A stretch of DNA of 63,640 nt, filler included, from Saprolegnia diclina VS20 (taxonomy: Eukaryota): assembly GCF_000281045.1 (NCBI RefSeq). It is 7 parts of 4 records of this genome, joined end to end, with 100 filler letters (N's around TTAATTAATTAA, not from the genome) between each part and the next. Parts side by side here need not be neighbours in the genome. Positions count along the whole stretch, not along the records: positions 23,648 to 52,607 come from NW_008246151.1; 6 more parts are not named here. One strand, given 5' to 3'. A program made the translations under genes and the position numbers. The notes below the pieces were generated by a model that did no database searches, was not told where the DNA came from, and worked only from the letters and a program-made list of their open reading frames with translations. This document shows, piece after piece, positions 35,827-47,248 of the stretch. Positions within the stretch are counted from its first letter, which is position 1; the number at the start of each line of letters is the position of its first letter.

Positions 35827-36978
35827 ATGGCCAAGACGGACGAGCCGATGGTGGACGCGGACGAGGACAACCCGTTCTCGCAGTACTACGGCATGCTGCT
35901 GCACCAGCAAAACATGCTGCAGGACCACGTGCGCACGAGCACGTACGAGCGCGCCATGCTCGCCAACGCCTCGGACTTTGCCGGCAAGGTCGTGCTGGAC
36001 GTTGGGACCGGGTCTGGCATCCTCGCGTACTTTGCCATCAAGGCTGGCGCCAAGCGCGTGTACGCCGTCGAGCTCAGCGCGATGGCTGACTGCGCGCGAA
36101 AGCTTCTCACAGACAATGGCCTCGCCGACCGCATCATCGTGCTTCGCGGCAAGGTCGAAGAGGTTGAGCTGCCCGAGAAGGTCGACATTGTCATCTCCGA
36201 GCCCATGGGCTTCTTCCTCGTGCACGAGCGCATGCTCGAATCGTACGTCTCGGGGCGCATCAAGTGGATGAAGCCGGGCGGGCTCATGTTTCCGTCCATC
36301 GGCACGATGTTCGTCGCTCCGTTTTCGGACGACGCGATCTACCAAGAGCAGATGGGCAAGGTGAGCTTCTGGCGCCAGCGCGACTTTTACGGCCTCAACC
36401 TGAGCTCGCTCGTCGACGAGGCGATGGACAACCACTTTTCGCAGCCCGTCGTGGGGTACTTTTCGCCCTCGGTTCTCATTTCGGGCTCGACCGTGTCGCA
36501 CACACTCGACTTTGGACGCATGGCGGTCGAAGACTTTCACGGTTTTGACATTCCGTTCCAGTTTACGATCAACCGCACATGTACGTGGTTCTATGTGATG
36601 CATGCAAGGTCCAACCGTTGCGTAGCCATCTTGCACGGTCTCGCGTGCTGGTTCACGGTTGATTTCATTGGGTCGACGGCCACGGTCGTGCTCTCGACGG
36701 CGCCATCCGAGACGGGCACACACTGGTACCAGTGTCGGCTCCTCCTCAAGCAACCGATCGCCGTCAACAGTTCGCAGTCCGTTTCTGGCAACCTGCACTT
36801 TGTCGCCAACAAAAAGTTCAGCTACGACATCGACATGGAAGGTACTCGCTCCATTGCATATCGAGCACCGACTGAGACTCTCATCATAGTGCGTCTGGAT
36901 GGCACGACGATCACATCGACGAACCAGATTCGACTCCACGACCAAATGTACCACTACATGTACAACCCGCCGTCGTAA
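35827..36978 (+). CDS. CARM1: Protein arginine methyltransferase, CARM1/PRMT4 type (catalytic core only)
   Basis: YYGMLLHQQNMLQD..RT, VLDVGTGSG, ISEPMG..L..ERMLESY and THWYQ. Two in-frame introns lie at 36581-36625 and 36842-36889. Confidence 0.88.
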   Translation: MAKTDEPMVDADEDNPFSQYYGMLLHQQNMLQDHVRTSTYERAMLANASDFAGKVVLDVGTGSGILAYFAIKAGAKRVYAVELSAMADCARKLLTDNGLADRIIVLRGKVEEVELPEKVDIVISEPMGFFLVHERMLESYVSGRIKWMKPGGLMFPSIGTMFVAPFSDDAIYQEQMGKVSFWRQRDFYGLNLSSLVDEAMDNHFSQPVVGYFSPSVLISGSTVSHTLDFGRMAVEDFHGFDIPFQFTINRTCTWFYVMHARSNRCVAILHGLACWFTVDFIGSTATVVLSTAPSETGTHWYQCRLLLKQPIAVNSSQSVSGNLHFVANKKFSYDIDMEGTRSIAYRAPTETLIIVRLDGTTITSTNQIRLHDQMYHYMYNPPS

Positions 36979-37655
36979 TGACGCGGCTAACGTCTAAATC
37001 AAATGCCCAAGAGTTGCTATGTACAAGTGTACACACTAGGGCCTCGGTGGTCCCTACACTTCTTGAGCGTATATTCATTGGCGAATATGGGCATGAACTC
37101 AAGAGTCAGTCGGCAAAGCAAGTGTCCAGTCGTTCGTTCTTGGCTTCCTCAGACTCGTGCGATGACTAGCTTTGCTTGTCGGCTGTAAACTGCAGTTGGT
37201 GTCGCCGCGAGGATCGTCGCCACCCAACTCTTGTGTGACCCATTGCTTTCGATGCAGGATGAGACGGCAACAGCTCAGATACGAAATGAACCTCGGCGCA
37301 AGTGAACCAGGACAAGTGTGCGCGAGGAGTACGTGGCACGATAACAAACTGACGTGGTTCCTGCCGACATGGGGCACGTGGCTACGCGTAAATGATGACT
37401 GGCACTAGTCCGCATTCGGTCCCGTCGTCGTGTTCAAGTACAGCGATGGGCCTGCCTAGAAGCACGCACAAAAGACACGTCAAGACGGGTGGCGCAAGGC
37501 ATAAACATCGTCTTCTTCGTTTCAAATGTTAAGAGCGCAAGACGACGCTTGGCCGGGGACAAGCGCGCATACAGGCGTTCACTGCCTATGCCCCGAGGGA
37601 CGCGTTCCTGTGCTGGCGTACCACGGACGCGACCTCGGGCGTGCCTGAACTACAT

Positions 37656-38004
37656 TTAATCGGTCTTCTTGCGGAACGAGCAGCCTTCGGTCAAGCGGGC
37701 CTTGCCGCCCGTGGGCTGGCAGAGCATGACCGAGCACGAGCCGCAGAGGACGACGGTCTGAGCGTGGCTGAAGACGGTCGTGCTACAAACATGGTCATGA
37801 GCAACGTGCGCCAGGCAGCTGCGTGCGCGTACATGTTGAAGCAGCCAGGGCACTTGACGTCCATGAAGAACGAGTTGGGCGACTGAACCAGGCGCTTGAG
37901 CTTGTGCTTGCTGCGTTCCTCAGAGGCGGAAGGGTGGAGAAGGTCGCGGGCCTACGCATGCGAGTTAGCATCGCCGTCGTCGTCGTCTAGGTGCTGCGTA
38001 CCAT
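37656..38004 (-). CDS. RPS27: 40S ribosomal protein S27
   Basis: [23 protein letters not shown] and [14 protein letters not shown]...[20 protein letters not shown]; intron directly after the ATG. Confidence 0.95.
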
Positions 38005-38869
38005 GATTAATCAACTGGAGCAATACACTGGAAGAAGACGAGTGAAAAATGCGTGCTTGGACCAACCACCGCTTCAGACCAGTCAATTTCCAAGCTTGCG
38101 CGCTCTCCGGATAATTTAGCCTAGCTGAGTCTTGACTGGTCGAGAACCTTCCGCTTCTATCCGGACGAACTGTATTTTTATTGCGTCGCATACAAAACCC
38201 ATATGAAGCAATAGGATTTTATTTCTTTGCTTTCGGAATGGGCCCGGCAAACCTGAACTGCCGGTAGGATGCCCATATAACGCTAGGACTTTACCGAATT
38301 TCAAAATCGGATGCGACCATCATCGACCCTAGCCATGTTGGTCGCCGAAGCCGCCATGGTCGCCGTTGGATCCAAGGCTCACCCTGTGACTTGGTGCTGC
38401 GAGGGCATCGTGTACAGCGTCTGTGGCTGGATGATCGGTACATTCAGTGTATGTCATGGTACACCGTCTCTTTGGTAATGAGCTGCGTTGTTGGTGCTGG
38501 TGCTGCATGGCCCGGTCCATGGAGATGGCATTGCATCTCTCCACCTTGATGCCTGTTACAAGGATGGATGCGGTACCACTGCGGTTGAAATGAGCACGAC
38601 ACTTCGCATGCACGTGAGCTTCGAGGCCACGCGATGATCCCTACCACCATACACATTGCCTGAGAACGATCGAGCTTGCTGGCGTCCAATGTCGCTTGTG
38701 TTGCATAGAGCAACAGCACTCGTAGATGCATGCATGCAGGTCCATTCTGGTCAAATCATGGTCGTACCGTGTGTAATCCAATCCAATTGGCTATAATACC
38801 ACGAATTGCACCAATCAAACGCAAGCAATTCCCAGAGAGCATTTGGCGGGATTTGGAATTCGACCGACG

Positions 38870-41800
38870 ATGCCAACGGATCTGCGGCCACCGACGCTGG
38901 CGACGCTGGACGAGCGCTCTTCCGTGGAGGACGACGTCCTGCGTAGTATCCGCATGGACCTCGACGCCTCCGAGACCATGGACCAAGCCTTCCTCGCCTA
39001 CGATGCGCTCGTTGCCCAGGATCCCTCGCTGGAGCCCGAGGTGAGAATCGCGCTCGTGTCCAAGTCTACCTGTGCATGTAGATGTCGGTCGTTGTCATGA
39101 AGACGCTCCTTGCTAAGGTTGTCTCAGCAGACGATTCCCCCATGGACATGCAGCAGCGCCTTGGAGAATTCGCTCAGCGGACGTACTCCCAGTCGCGACC
39201 AAGCCTGGACACACGCCACCTGAGCTTCATTAACTCCACGTTCCACGATACCTATGCGCTCTTTACCTCGATCACAGAGAACGACCCACGACGGCTCTTC
39301 CTCGTCCAGCTCTGCAGCACGCTCTCCGAGTACTACTTCAACCTCACGTCGCCAGCCGATGACAACCCCGACACAATTGCATCGATCGCGTACTGCCGTG
39401 ACGCCTGGCTGCGTTTCATGACCTTTGCCCGCGTGGACACACCCACGCCGGATCTTGCGCTCATGGCTTGCATCTGGAAGGTAAGCAACCAACACCAAGG
39501 ACCGACAAGATCAATGGTGAACTAGACCGTCACGCGTCTCTGTACGATGTACCGAAGCGTCTTCACCAAAAGCGAAGCCGGCCTTCCAGCGTCGTTGTAT
39601 CGCACACTCGAAGCCTCAGTCGAGAGCCAAGTCGCTTGCCTCAGTACGCAACTCGGCCTGCTCGAGATCGCCACATCCATCAACTTGATCAAGGTATCAT
39701 CAGGTCACTGACAAACGAATGTTGCGCAACCGACATCACTCTAGACTCTGCGACTTCTCGTGAAAGCCTATGTCGGTCTCTTCGGCTGCTTTGCCGACTC
39801 TCTCGGCCCCAACAAAGTCAGCATCGATCTGCATCGCGTGTTGGCACTCATACGTCTACCTGAATAGTACAATGACCGTCTCGACTTTCTCAGCAAGTTG
39901 TCCGCCAACATCTTTGAGATGCAGTTGCGTCTTGGCCAACACAAAGCTGAGATTTACCTTATGGTCGAAGTTCTCCGTGCCGACGCGATGACGGTCCTCA
40001 GCAAAGTGCTCGGCCAACCTCGCCTGGCTCATGCGCCTCTCAAGCCGTGGTGCCGTGTCCAACTTGAGTCTAGCCATGTCTCGTCGACGGCAGATCTGCC
40101 TTCCTTCTTTCGCATCTGCATCTTGCTCCAGTCGCACACGCTACTCTTGGAGCGACCCGAACTCATTGTCGTGAGCCGCACCCTAGACCAGCTGATGCAG
40201 TACTTCCGCTCTGTCACGGCACAGATACCCACAACGCGTCGCTCTTACCTCTCGGGGGTTCTTATCGAGCCAGTCATTATGCTTGCATTGTCGGCTCCTC
40301 CTCCAGCCGAGGTGTTCAAAACCCAGGTAGCCATGCGTCCCAGCGTTTCGTACTAACAAATACGTAGCTGCAATTGCTCTCATATTCGTTCCATCCCAAC
40401 GTCTACCAGCAGCACCTGTGCCAACTAGTGTGGCGCCACGTCTTCCAAACAACATGGTACAAAACACACGGAACTTGAATTCAACAAATTTGTGTGCCTC
40501 AAAGGAAGGATTCCGCGCCAGGAGGTGTTGCGTTCGTCGACTGCTTGCTGAAGATGCTCACGGCGCCCTTCCAAGCGTTCCCGCAACCGAGCGACAACCG
40601 CTTTTCACTGCTTGACCTTCTTGCGAGCATCTTTGACGTCCTCAGTCCTACCCAACAAGTGACTGCGTCCGGCAACTTCTACTTTACGACTCACAATGAT
40701 GTTTATAGACCCAGTGCCTGAGTGGCGCCGTAGCGACATTTGAAGGGCTTTGCGGTGATGGGCCCGAACACCAAGTGACGCCAGCGTTTCTGGCCCACAT
40801 CGACATGCTCGAGCACTTGCTGCGCACGACGGCGGGCCAGGCGCACGCAGCGAGCGCGGCCTTCGTGGCGACGCACTTGTCGGTGTCTATGGAGTGCTTT
40901 GGGACGGCTGTCGAGTTTCTTGCGGACGGTACTGAGGCCGAGCTTGAGAACGCTTTCTGGCGCATCATCGACGCGACTCTTCTCGTGTGTGCCAACATCC
41001 TCTTTGGCACTGGCGAGGTCCCCCACGTCCACCGCGAGTTGATTGGCGATGCAGCGTCGTGGATGCAGCCGCTTGTCATCAAGCTCGTGGAACTTCTCGC
41101 GCGCCAGCCGCCTCGGGCAGAGTACGCACGACGCTTCCGCTTAACCAGGTCCAAACCGCCTCGTTGCGTAGGGAAATTTTTCACCGCGTGCTCTCGAATG
41201 CGATGGAGCTTATCTGGGTGCTGCATCGGTCGCTCAAAACAAACTCTGGCAACTACTACCTCGCGCTGCTGCAGCACGTGCAGCACATTGCAGCGACGCA
41301 CGCCTCCGCGCACGTTTTGGTTGCGCACTTTATGCACGTTCTCGCCGACGTCCAGGTTCCAAGCGATGCACCAACCGACCACGTACGTCGCAACTCGCCT
41401 TGTACGGAAGCAACACGTTTGGCTAGAAAATGGTCGGCGATACTCTTTGCGCTATTTTTTCGACGCTGCTTCAGTACCCGTCGCCTTGGCCCGTCGTCGC
41501 GACAGCGTTGCGTGCGCTCCATAAGTTCCTCGCTTCGTCCAACGTCGCCGACTCCAACACGGTGGCAATTCACGAGCTTTTGCTGCGGTACTCACTGACG
41601 CTCCACGACTTTTTTGCCATCGTCATCGACCCGCCGGCACCGTCTGTACGAACACACTCTACTTCCATGTCCTACATTTTGTTTGTTTATAGCGCGACTT
41701 CGTTGACGGTTTGGGGCTTCTGATGTACCAACAGGACAGCGTCTTTGAGAAAAATCAACCGACGCGCCACGCACCCTTGGTCAAGAAGCGGGCCGCAGCA

Positions 41801-41944
41801 ACGATCGACGATCTCCTCGAGACGTGCCACGCAATCAAGCGCTTGCACACGACGCACAAAAGCGACCCACAAACAGACGCAGCGTTCGAGCACGCGGCGT
41901 CCGCGCTCCAGACCGTCCTCGACCTCCACATCGATCACTCGTAA
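38870..41944 (+). CDS. Large multi-exon helical protein, possibly FIRRM/C1orf112 (DUF4487)-like
   Basis: A chain of plus-strand exons separated by short GT-AG introns. Segments such as LMACIWK and FHPNVYQQHLCQLVWRH loosely recall DUF4487; the family call is tentative. Confidence 0.5.
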
Positions 41945-41993
41945 TGCAAACGGTGCTTTTTAGTTAGGTCTTCCTACGACGTCTACGGTATAT

Positions 41994-43244
41994 CTATCGA
42001 AACGAAGTGCCAAACGAGTTGAAAAATCCCTTTTCTATCTTGCCCTGGGACAGATCCTTCTGCCGTCGCTCTCTATGGACGCCCATGAGATGATTCCAAG
42101 ACCGAGTGTTGGCTACCGTTCTTTGGCTTCGTCGGCTTGGCGTTTGAGCGTCTGCTGCACTTCGAGCGTCTGCTGCACACGCTTCTTCTCCGCCTCGTAC
42201 TCGTATTGCGCCATTTGTCGCCGAAGCAGGTCTTGCTGCCGCGACTCTTCGAGCTCCGCGTCGCGCTCCTTCTCGCGCTTTGCTTGTTTTGCCGCAAGGA
42301 TTGCCTCGTTGGAGAACACAACAGCTTTAGCTTGCTCTGGGGAGAGGCCCTTCCAGTGGTCAACGCGGACGCGCCCCGACACGTCGGTCTTGGCCTGAAG
42401 CGGGTTCTCGCTCACGAGCGCGCTTGACACGGTCGCCTGGATCTCGCTCTGGTCCATGTCCAGCGTTCGGGCACGTGCGCGACTGTTGTTCAAGCGCTGG
42501 CTGGCCAGCATCGCTTCGTTGAACTTGCGCACTTCAAAGGCCTGCTTGGTCTTTTCCCGCTCGTACTCGGTCTCGGCTTCGTCCTGGAGCTTGCTCACTT
42601 GCGCCATCGTGTCGGCGTACGCGCGGGCGTCGTCGCACTCGGCCTGCAACCGCGCCTGGCGCTCCTGCATCTGAAGCTGCGCCCAGTCGCGGTTCTGTGC
42701 CGCCTGAAGTCGATGACGTTCGTGGCGGCCACGGTCTTCGCCGTCGAATTTTTGCGCCGACGAGACGTTGCAGCCATCCACGCTGATGGCCGCAAAGTCC
42801 TTGGTACTGCGGGCGATATCAGCCTCTCGACGCTCGTTGCGCGTTTGTGACTGCATCGCCCAGTCGCGCCGGAGCTTGGCGGCCTCGTCGCGCTTGGCCA
42901 GCGTCTCTTCGGCTTCAACGCGAATGAGGTACCGGCGCAGGTCTTCTTGCTCCTGGACTAGACATCCAACTCGATTACAACGACGTGCGGCGGGGCATAT
43001 GCACAATACATTGTTTCTCTTCCTCGTCAGCTTGCTGTTGAGCGAGCTGTTGTTTCTCTGCGATTTGGTTCTTTACACCGACAATGTCCGCCTACTCCAG
43101 ATCCATGACGAACGCAAGGCAACAACAAGGACGTACGCCAATGTTGCGGAGGCGGCCGTCGTGGAGCTTCTTGACGCGCTCTTGGTCGCGCGCCCGGCGA
43201 GCTTCGGCACGTCGGACGTCGACGTCCTCGCTGTTGAGCACCAT
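41994..43244 (-). CDS. RIB43A-like ciliary microtubule inner protein
   Basis: SSAQKFDGED, RVRVDHWKGLSPEQ, C-terminal FFNSFGTSFR*; coiled-coil; multi-exon. Confidence 0.85.
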
Positions 43245-43484
43245 GCTGTTCTCGGTTTGGCTCTGAAAACCGCCTGCCATGTATTTTGAGCCACGCCGTT
43301 AAAAGATCTCGACGCACCAATCAAAAACGACAAAACAAAAAGAAATCACCGATTGGGTAAAAATGCGAGCGTCAGGCGGTCAAACTTTTGCTCGTCCTTC
43401 GTCTACCGCCTCAGTTGAGCTGTACTAAATGCTGGATGCATTGCACGTGTTCTCCGTAGGCAAAGGCGAACAGCATCACACTGA

Positions 43485-44160
43485 TTACGCGGCATCCGGG
43501 TAGGCGACTTCATGTGTTTCGTCCTTGGCGGCCTCGTACTCGGCGATCGTCACGTCGCCGCGAAGCAAGACTGGCTGTTTGGCGCCAAAGATGACGTCAC
43601 CGTCGACGTACACAGCGCGCACATGCTGCATGTCGGGCACGTGAAACATGGTGTCCATGAGTGTGCGCTCAAAGATCGCGCGCAGGCCACGCGCACCCGT
43701 GTTGCGGCGCACAGCGAGCTCTGCGATTGCATCGAGACCGCACGGCGTCACGTGGAAGTCGACGTTGTGGAGTGCAAAGAGGGCACGGTACTGCTTGATG
43801 AGCGAGTTCTTGGGCTCACTCACGACGCGGACAAGTTCGTGGCGGTTGAGGCCAAGCGTGCTCACAAGGACGGGGAAGCGCCCGACAAACTCGGGAATGA
43901 GCCCGTACGCCACGAGGTCCTGCGGCTCGGACTGCGTCAGGAGCTCGCCGACGCGGTCGAGGTCCGTCACTTTCGTGTCTTTCATCTGCGACTCAAAGCC
44001 GATGCTCGCGGTCGCGGTGCGGCGCGAAACAATGTGCTCGAGACCCGCGAACGCGCCGCCGCAGATGAAGAGGATGTTGGTCGTGTCGATCGCAATGAAC
44101 TCACCGCGCGGGTTCTTGCGGCCGCCCTTCTCGGGCACGTTGACCGTGCAGCCTTCAAGC

Positions 44161-44198
<38 letters not shown>

Positions 44199-45405
44199 GT
44201 CGCGCGTGATGCTCACCTACCACACTACTGTAATGTTGGCGCCATCATACTCGTCAACAAACGTTTTCGCTCTTGCGAGAAATCTTGTCGATCTCGTCAA
44301 TGTAAATGATGCCCTTCTGCGCCGCTTCCAGGTCAAAGTTGGCCGCTTGGTAGAGCTTGTACAGAATGGACTCGACGTCCTCGCCCACATACCCGGCCTG
44401 CGTGAGGCACGTGGCGTCCGCGATCACAAGCGGCACTTGCGCCAGCCGCGCGAGTGTCTTGGCCATGAGCGTCTTGCCCGACCCCGTCGGCCCCACAACG
44501 AGGATGTTGGTCTTGTCAATCTCGACACTGTCGTCGACAGCAACTGTTGGCGTCGTCGGAGGCGTTGCACCCTCGGCGGCGACTACGCTTGGCGGCACGG
44601 CAATGGCTTCGAGCTGGATGCCGTGCTTCACCGACTGGTAGATGGCCGGCTCATCCACCATGGCCGACACCCGCATCGAGCGCGGGTGACCGTCATCAAT
44701 GGGCACCTCTGGCGGCTTGAAGTTCATACTCAACCGCTTGTAGTGGTTGTGTACGCCAACCGCGAGCGCCTTCTTGACGTTCTCTTGGCCGATGACGTAC
44801 TTGTTGAGGCCGTCGTAGATCTCGCGCGGCGTGAGCACTTTGGGCGCCGGTGCCGGTGGCGTGTTGACGCGCTGACTGTCGTTCAAGAGCCGATCAAAGT
44901 CGCTGTCATCTACAACCCCACGATGAGTCGAGATTCATCATATCCACGGAAGCCGACTCGAGATGCGAAGACGGGGTGTCGACTGGAACTGCGACGACGG
45001 CGTCTGGAACATGGAGCCAGCATGCGGCGGGTCGGCCGCGAGCGACTTGACGGCAAAATACGTTTTGCAACCTTCGCAGCCGACAATGTCACCGGGCTCG
45101 AGCTGACGCGACGTCAACGGCAACGTTGTAGCAGGTGCCGCCGATGCCCCACACGTTGGCGTGGACCGCGGAACTGCAATCGCAAGCTTGAGCGACTCGC
45201 CGCAATGCGGGCACGTAAGCTCGGACGCATCCCGGGTCTCGGTGCCAAAGCAGCGGACAGTCGGTGGCGTCAACCGAGGCAACGTTGCCATCATTGGCGC
45301 GCGCGGATACATCGAGCAGTAGCGAGCAGCAGTCGTGAGGCGGCTATGGCGGGCGGCCACGCGGGGCATTGCGCGGAGGTAGCGGCCGAGGCGCGGAAGG
45401 ACCAT
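43485..45405 (-). CDS. CLPX: Mitochondrial ATP-dependent Clp protease ATP-binding subunit ClpX
   Basis: Arg-rich presequence and CPHC...CEGC zinc motif, then [41 protein letters not shown] and TGARGLR; two introns. Confidence 0.93.
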
Positions 45406-45754
45406 GATCGGGCGTGGCAGGAACACTTGTGTCGAATTTTCGCCGGAGGTTATCGTGCTTTAATCCTCATAATTAAATTTGTATACAAAAACCAAGTGAA
45501 CGCTACAGACACGACCAAAAGATTGCCGTCGGCTTGCTGGCCTCCAAGGGGCGCGGGCGGTCGAGGAGCTCACCATGTAGTGTCATCGTGCTGGAGGATC
45601 GCCACCTGCGCGCAGGTCGACCGACACAAGAGGCTGCCCGTGCGCGGTGCATGGATGGCGAGGCCCAACGTAGCGTCGTATATTTGGCCCGTGGCCACCC
45701 GTCGCGCCGACGAGCGCAAACATCATGTTTACCGCTTCGTATCTACTCTAGGAT

Positions 45755-46869
45755 CTACTCTTCCGGGCCAAAGGCGAGCGAGTGCAGGGCAAAGAGCAAG
45801 AAGAGGACGCCGCCGACCACAGTCACCGTCTTCTCCGAGATGCGCGACGCGAGGAGCTTGCCGCCGACAACGGCGAGGCCCGTGCACATCGAGTGGCCGA
45901 GGATCGCACCCAACGTCACTAGACCAAGATGAGACGCAAGAAGAGGCGGAATAGGGCGTACCGCCAAACGCATCGTTCGCGGCCGCGAGCGTAATCGTAG
46001 CAATCTACAAACGCTGAGTTTGGAAGGCAAGGATCACGTTGCGTACCTGGGACCGGTCGCCCCACTCAGCGAGGAAGGTGAGGAAGAAGGCTTGCGAGAA
46101 AACCTTCATCGTACCCGACGACGGGCCGATGGGCGCGCCGCCTTCAACCGACTCGACATCTTCGGCGTTCTTCTTGCCCTCGAGCTCTTCTTCGACCTCG
46201 GTGAGCTCTTCCGACGGACCGCTACATGACGAGTTGTATCCGTAAGCTAGAAGCGAGCGATGGCCTACTTGGCGTTCATCTCGCGCGAGTCGTAGAGCAT
46301 CTTGAGACCGAAAAACACAAACTAGACGATGCTTGCATGAGCAAGAGGTCAGAAGCAGCATGGCAACGTCGTACCAAGAAGGCGCCAGCATAGTGTGTGA
46401 GGCGCGGGGGCAGGAAAAAGGCGGCAACACCACCGAGGACGACTGAGAGCACCGTCATGACAATGAGCGCCCCGATCGCACCGGCGAAGACAACGATACG
46501 ATCATGCTTCATCGAGAGAATCGCGGCAATGAAGAAGGTCTTGTCGCCAACTTCGGTCGCCCAGATCGTGATGATGCCACTCATAAAGCCCGACCAGAAC
46601 TTGTTGACCTTGTTCTTCACGCGTTTGAGGCCTGTGTTGTTGGCGTCGTCGTCGCGGTCGCGGTTGCTGGCAGCGGCGAGCGGCTTGACGCCACTGCTGG
46701 GCGCGAGGAGCGGGTCGATGGCGTCACGGACGCGCGCCGACCACTTGTCGAACTCGCGCCTCTGGAGCACACCATCGTGGTCCTCGTCGGCAGCGTCAAA
46801 GGCGTCGCGCTGGCCCACGACGGAGACCAGCGTCAGGAGCAGAAGCAGGAGCACCGGACTTGCCTTCAT
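45755..46869 (-). CDS. GDT1/TMEM165 (UPF0016) Ca2+/Mn2+ transporter
   Basis: Signal peptide and both signature motifs EVGDKT and EWGDRSQ; multi-exon. Confidence 0.9.
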
Positions 46870-47248
46870 GTTCACGAGCGGTGAAATCCGGGAATATTAT
46901 GGTGCGCCCGTTGAACCCCCCAAAGCGGATACATCGAACGTATCCACTTATAAAGGCAATCGCTGGCACGCTCGGATTGGCGCAACAGGATGATGGCGGC
47001 GATGGCTGACGGTCCTCGCCCATGTAGCCGCATCCGCCCGGGCGGCGGCGAGTGTCTACGTTCTACGCCCTAGTGGCTCTACCTCTCCAGCGTGTACGTT
47101 GGTCTCGTGGCCGCGCTGTGCTGCAGGATGTCTCTACCTTGGCATTCTACCACACACGCCGCGGACAGCCATGCTGCAACACCATACCACCCACACCTTT
47201 GCAGAGACAGAGTTTAAATGTACATTGCATTTATGCATACGGCCGCCA

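Noticed and set aside
35611..36954. 447-aa minus-strand ORF
   Set aside because: Antisense shadow of CARM1.
43648..45954. 768-aa plus-strand ORF
   Set aside because: Antisense shadow of ClpX and GDT1 in GC-rich DNA, with no recognisable motifs.
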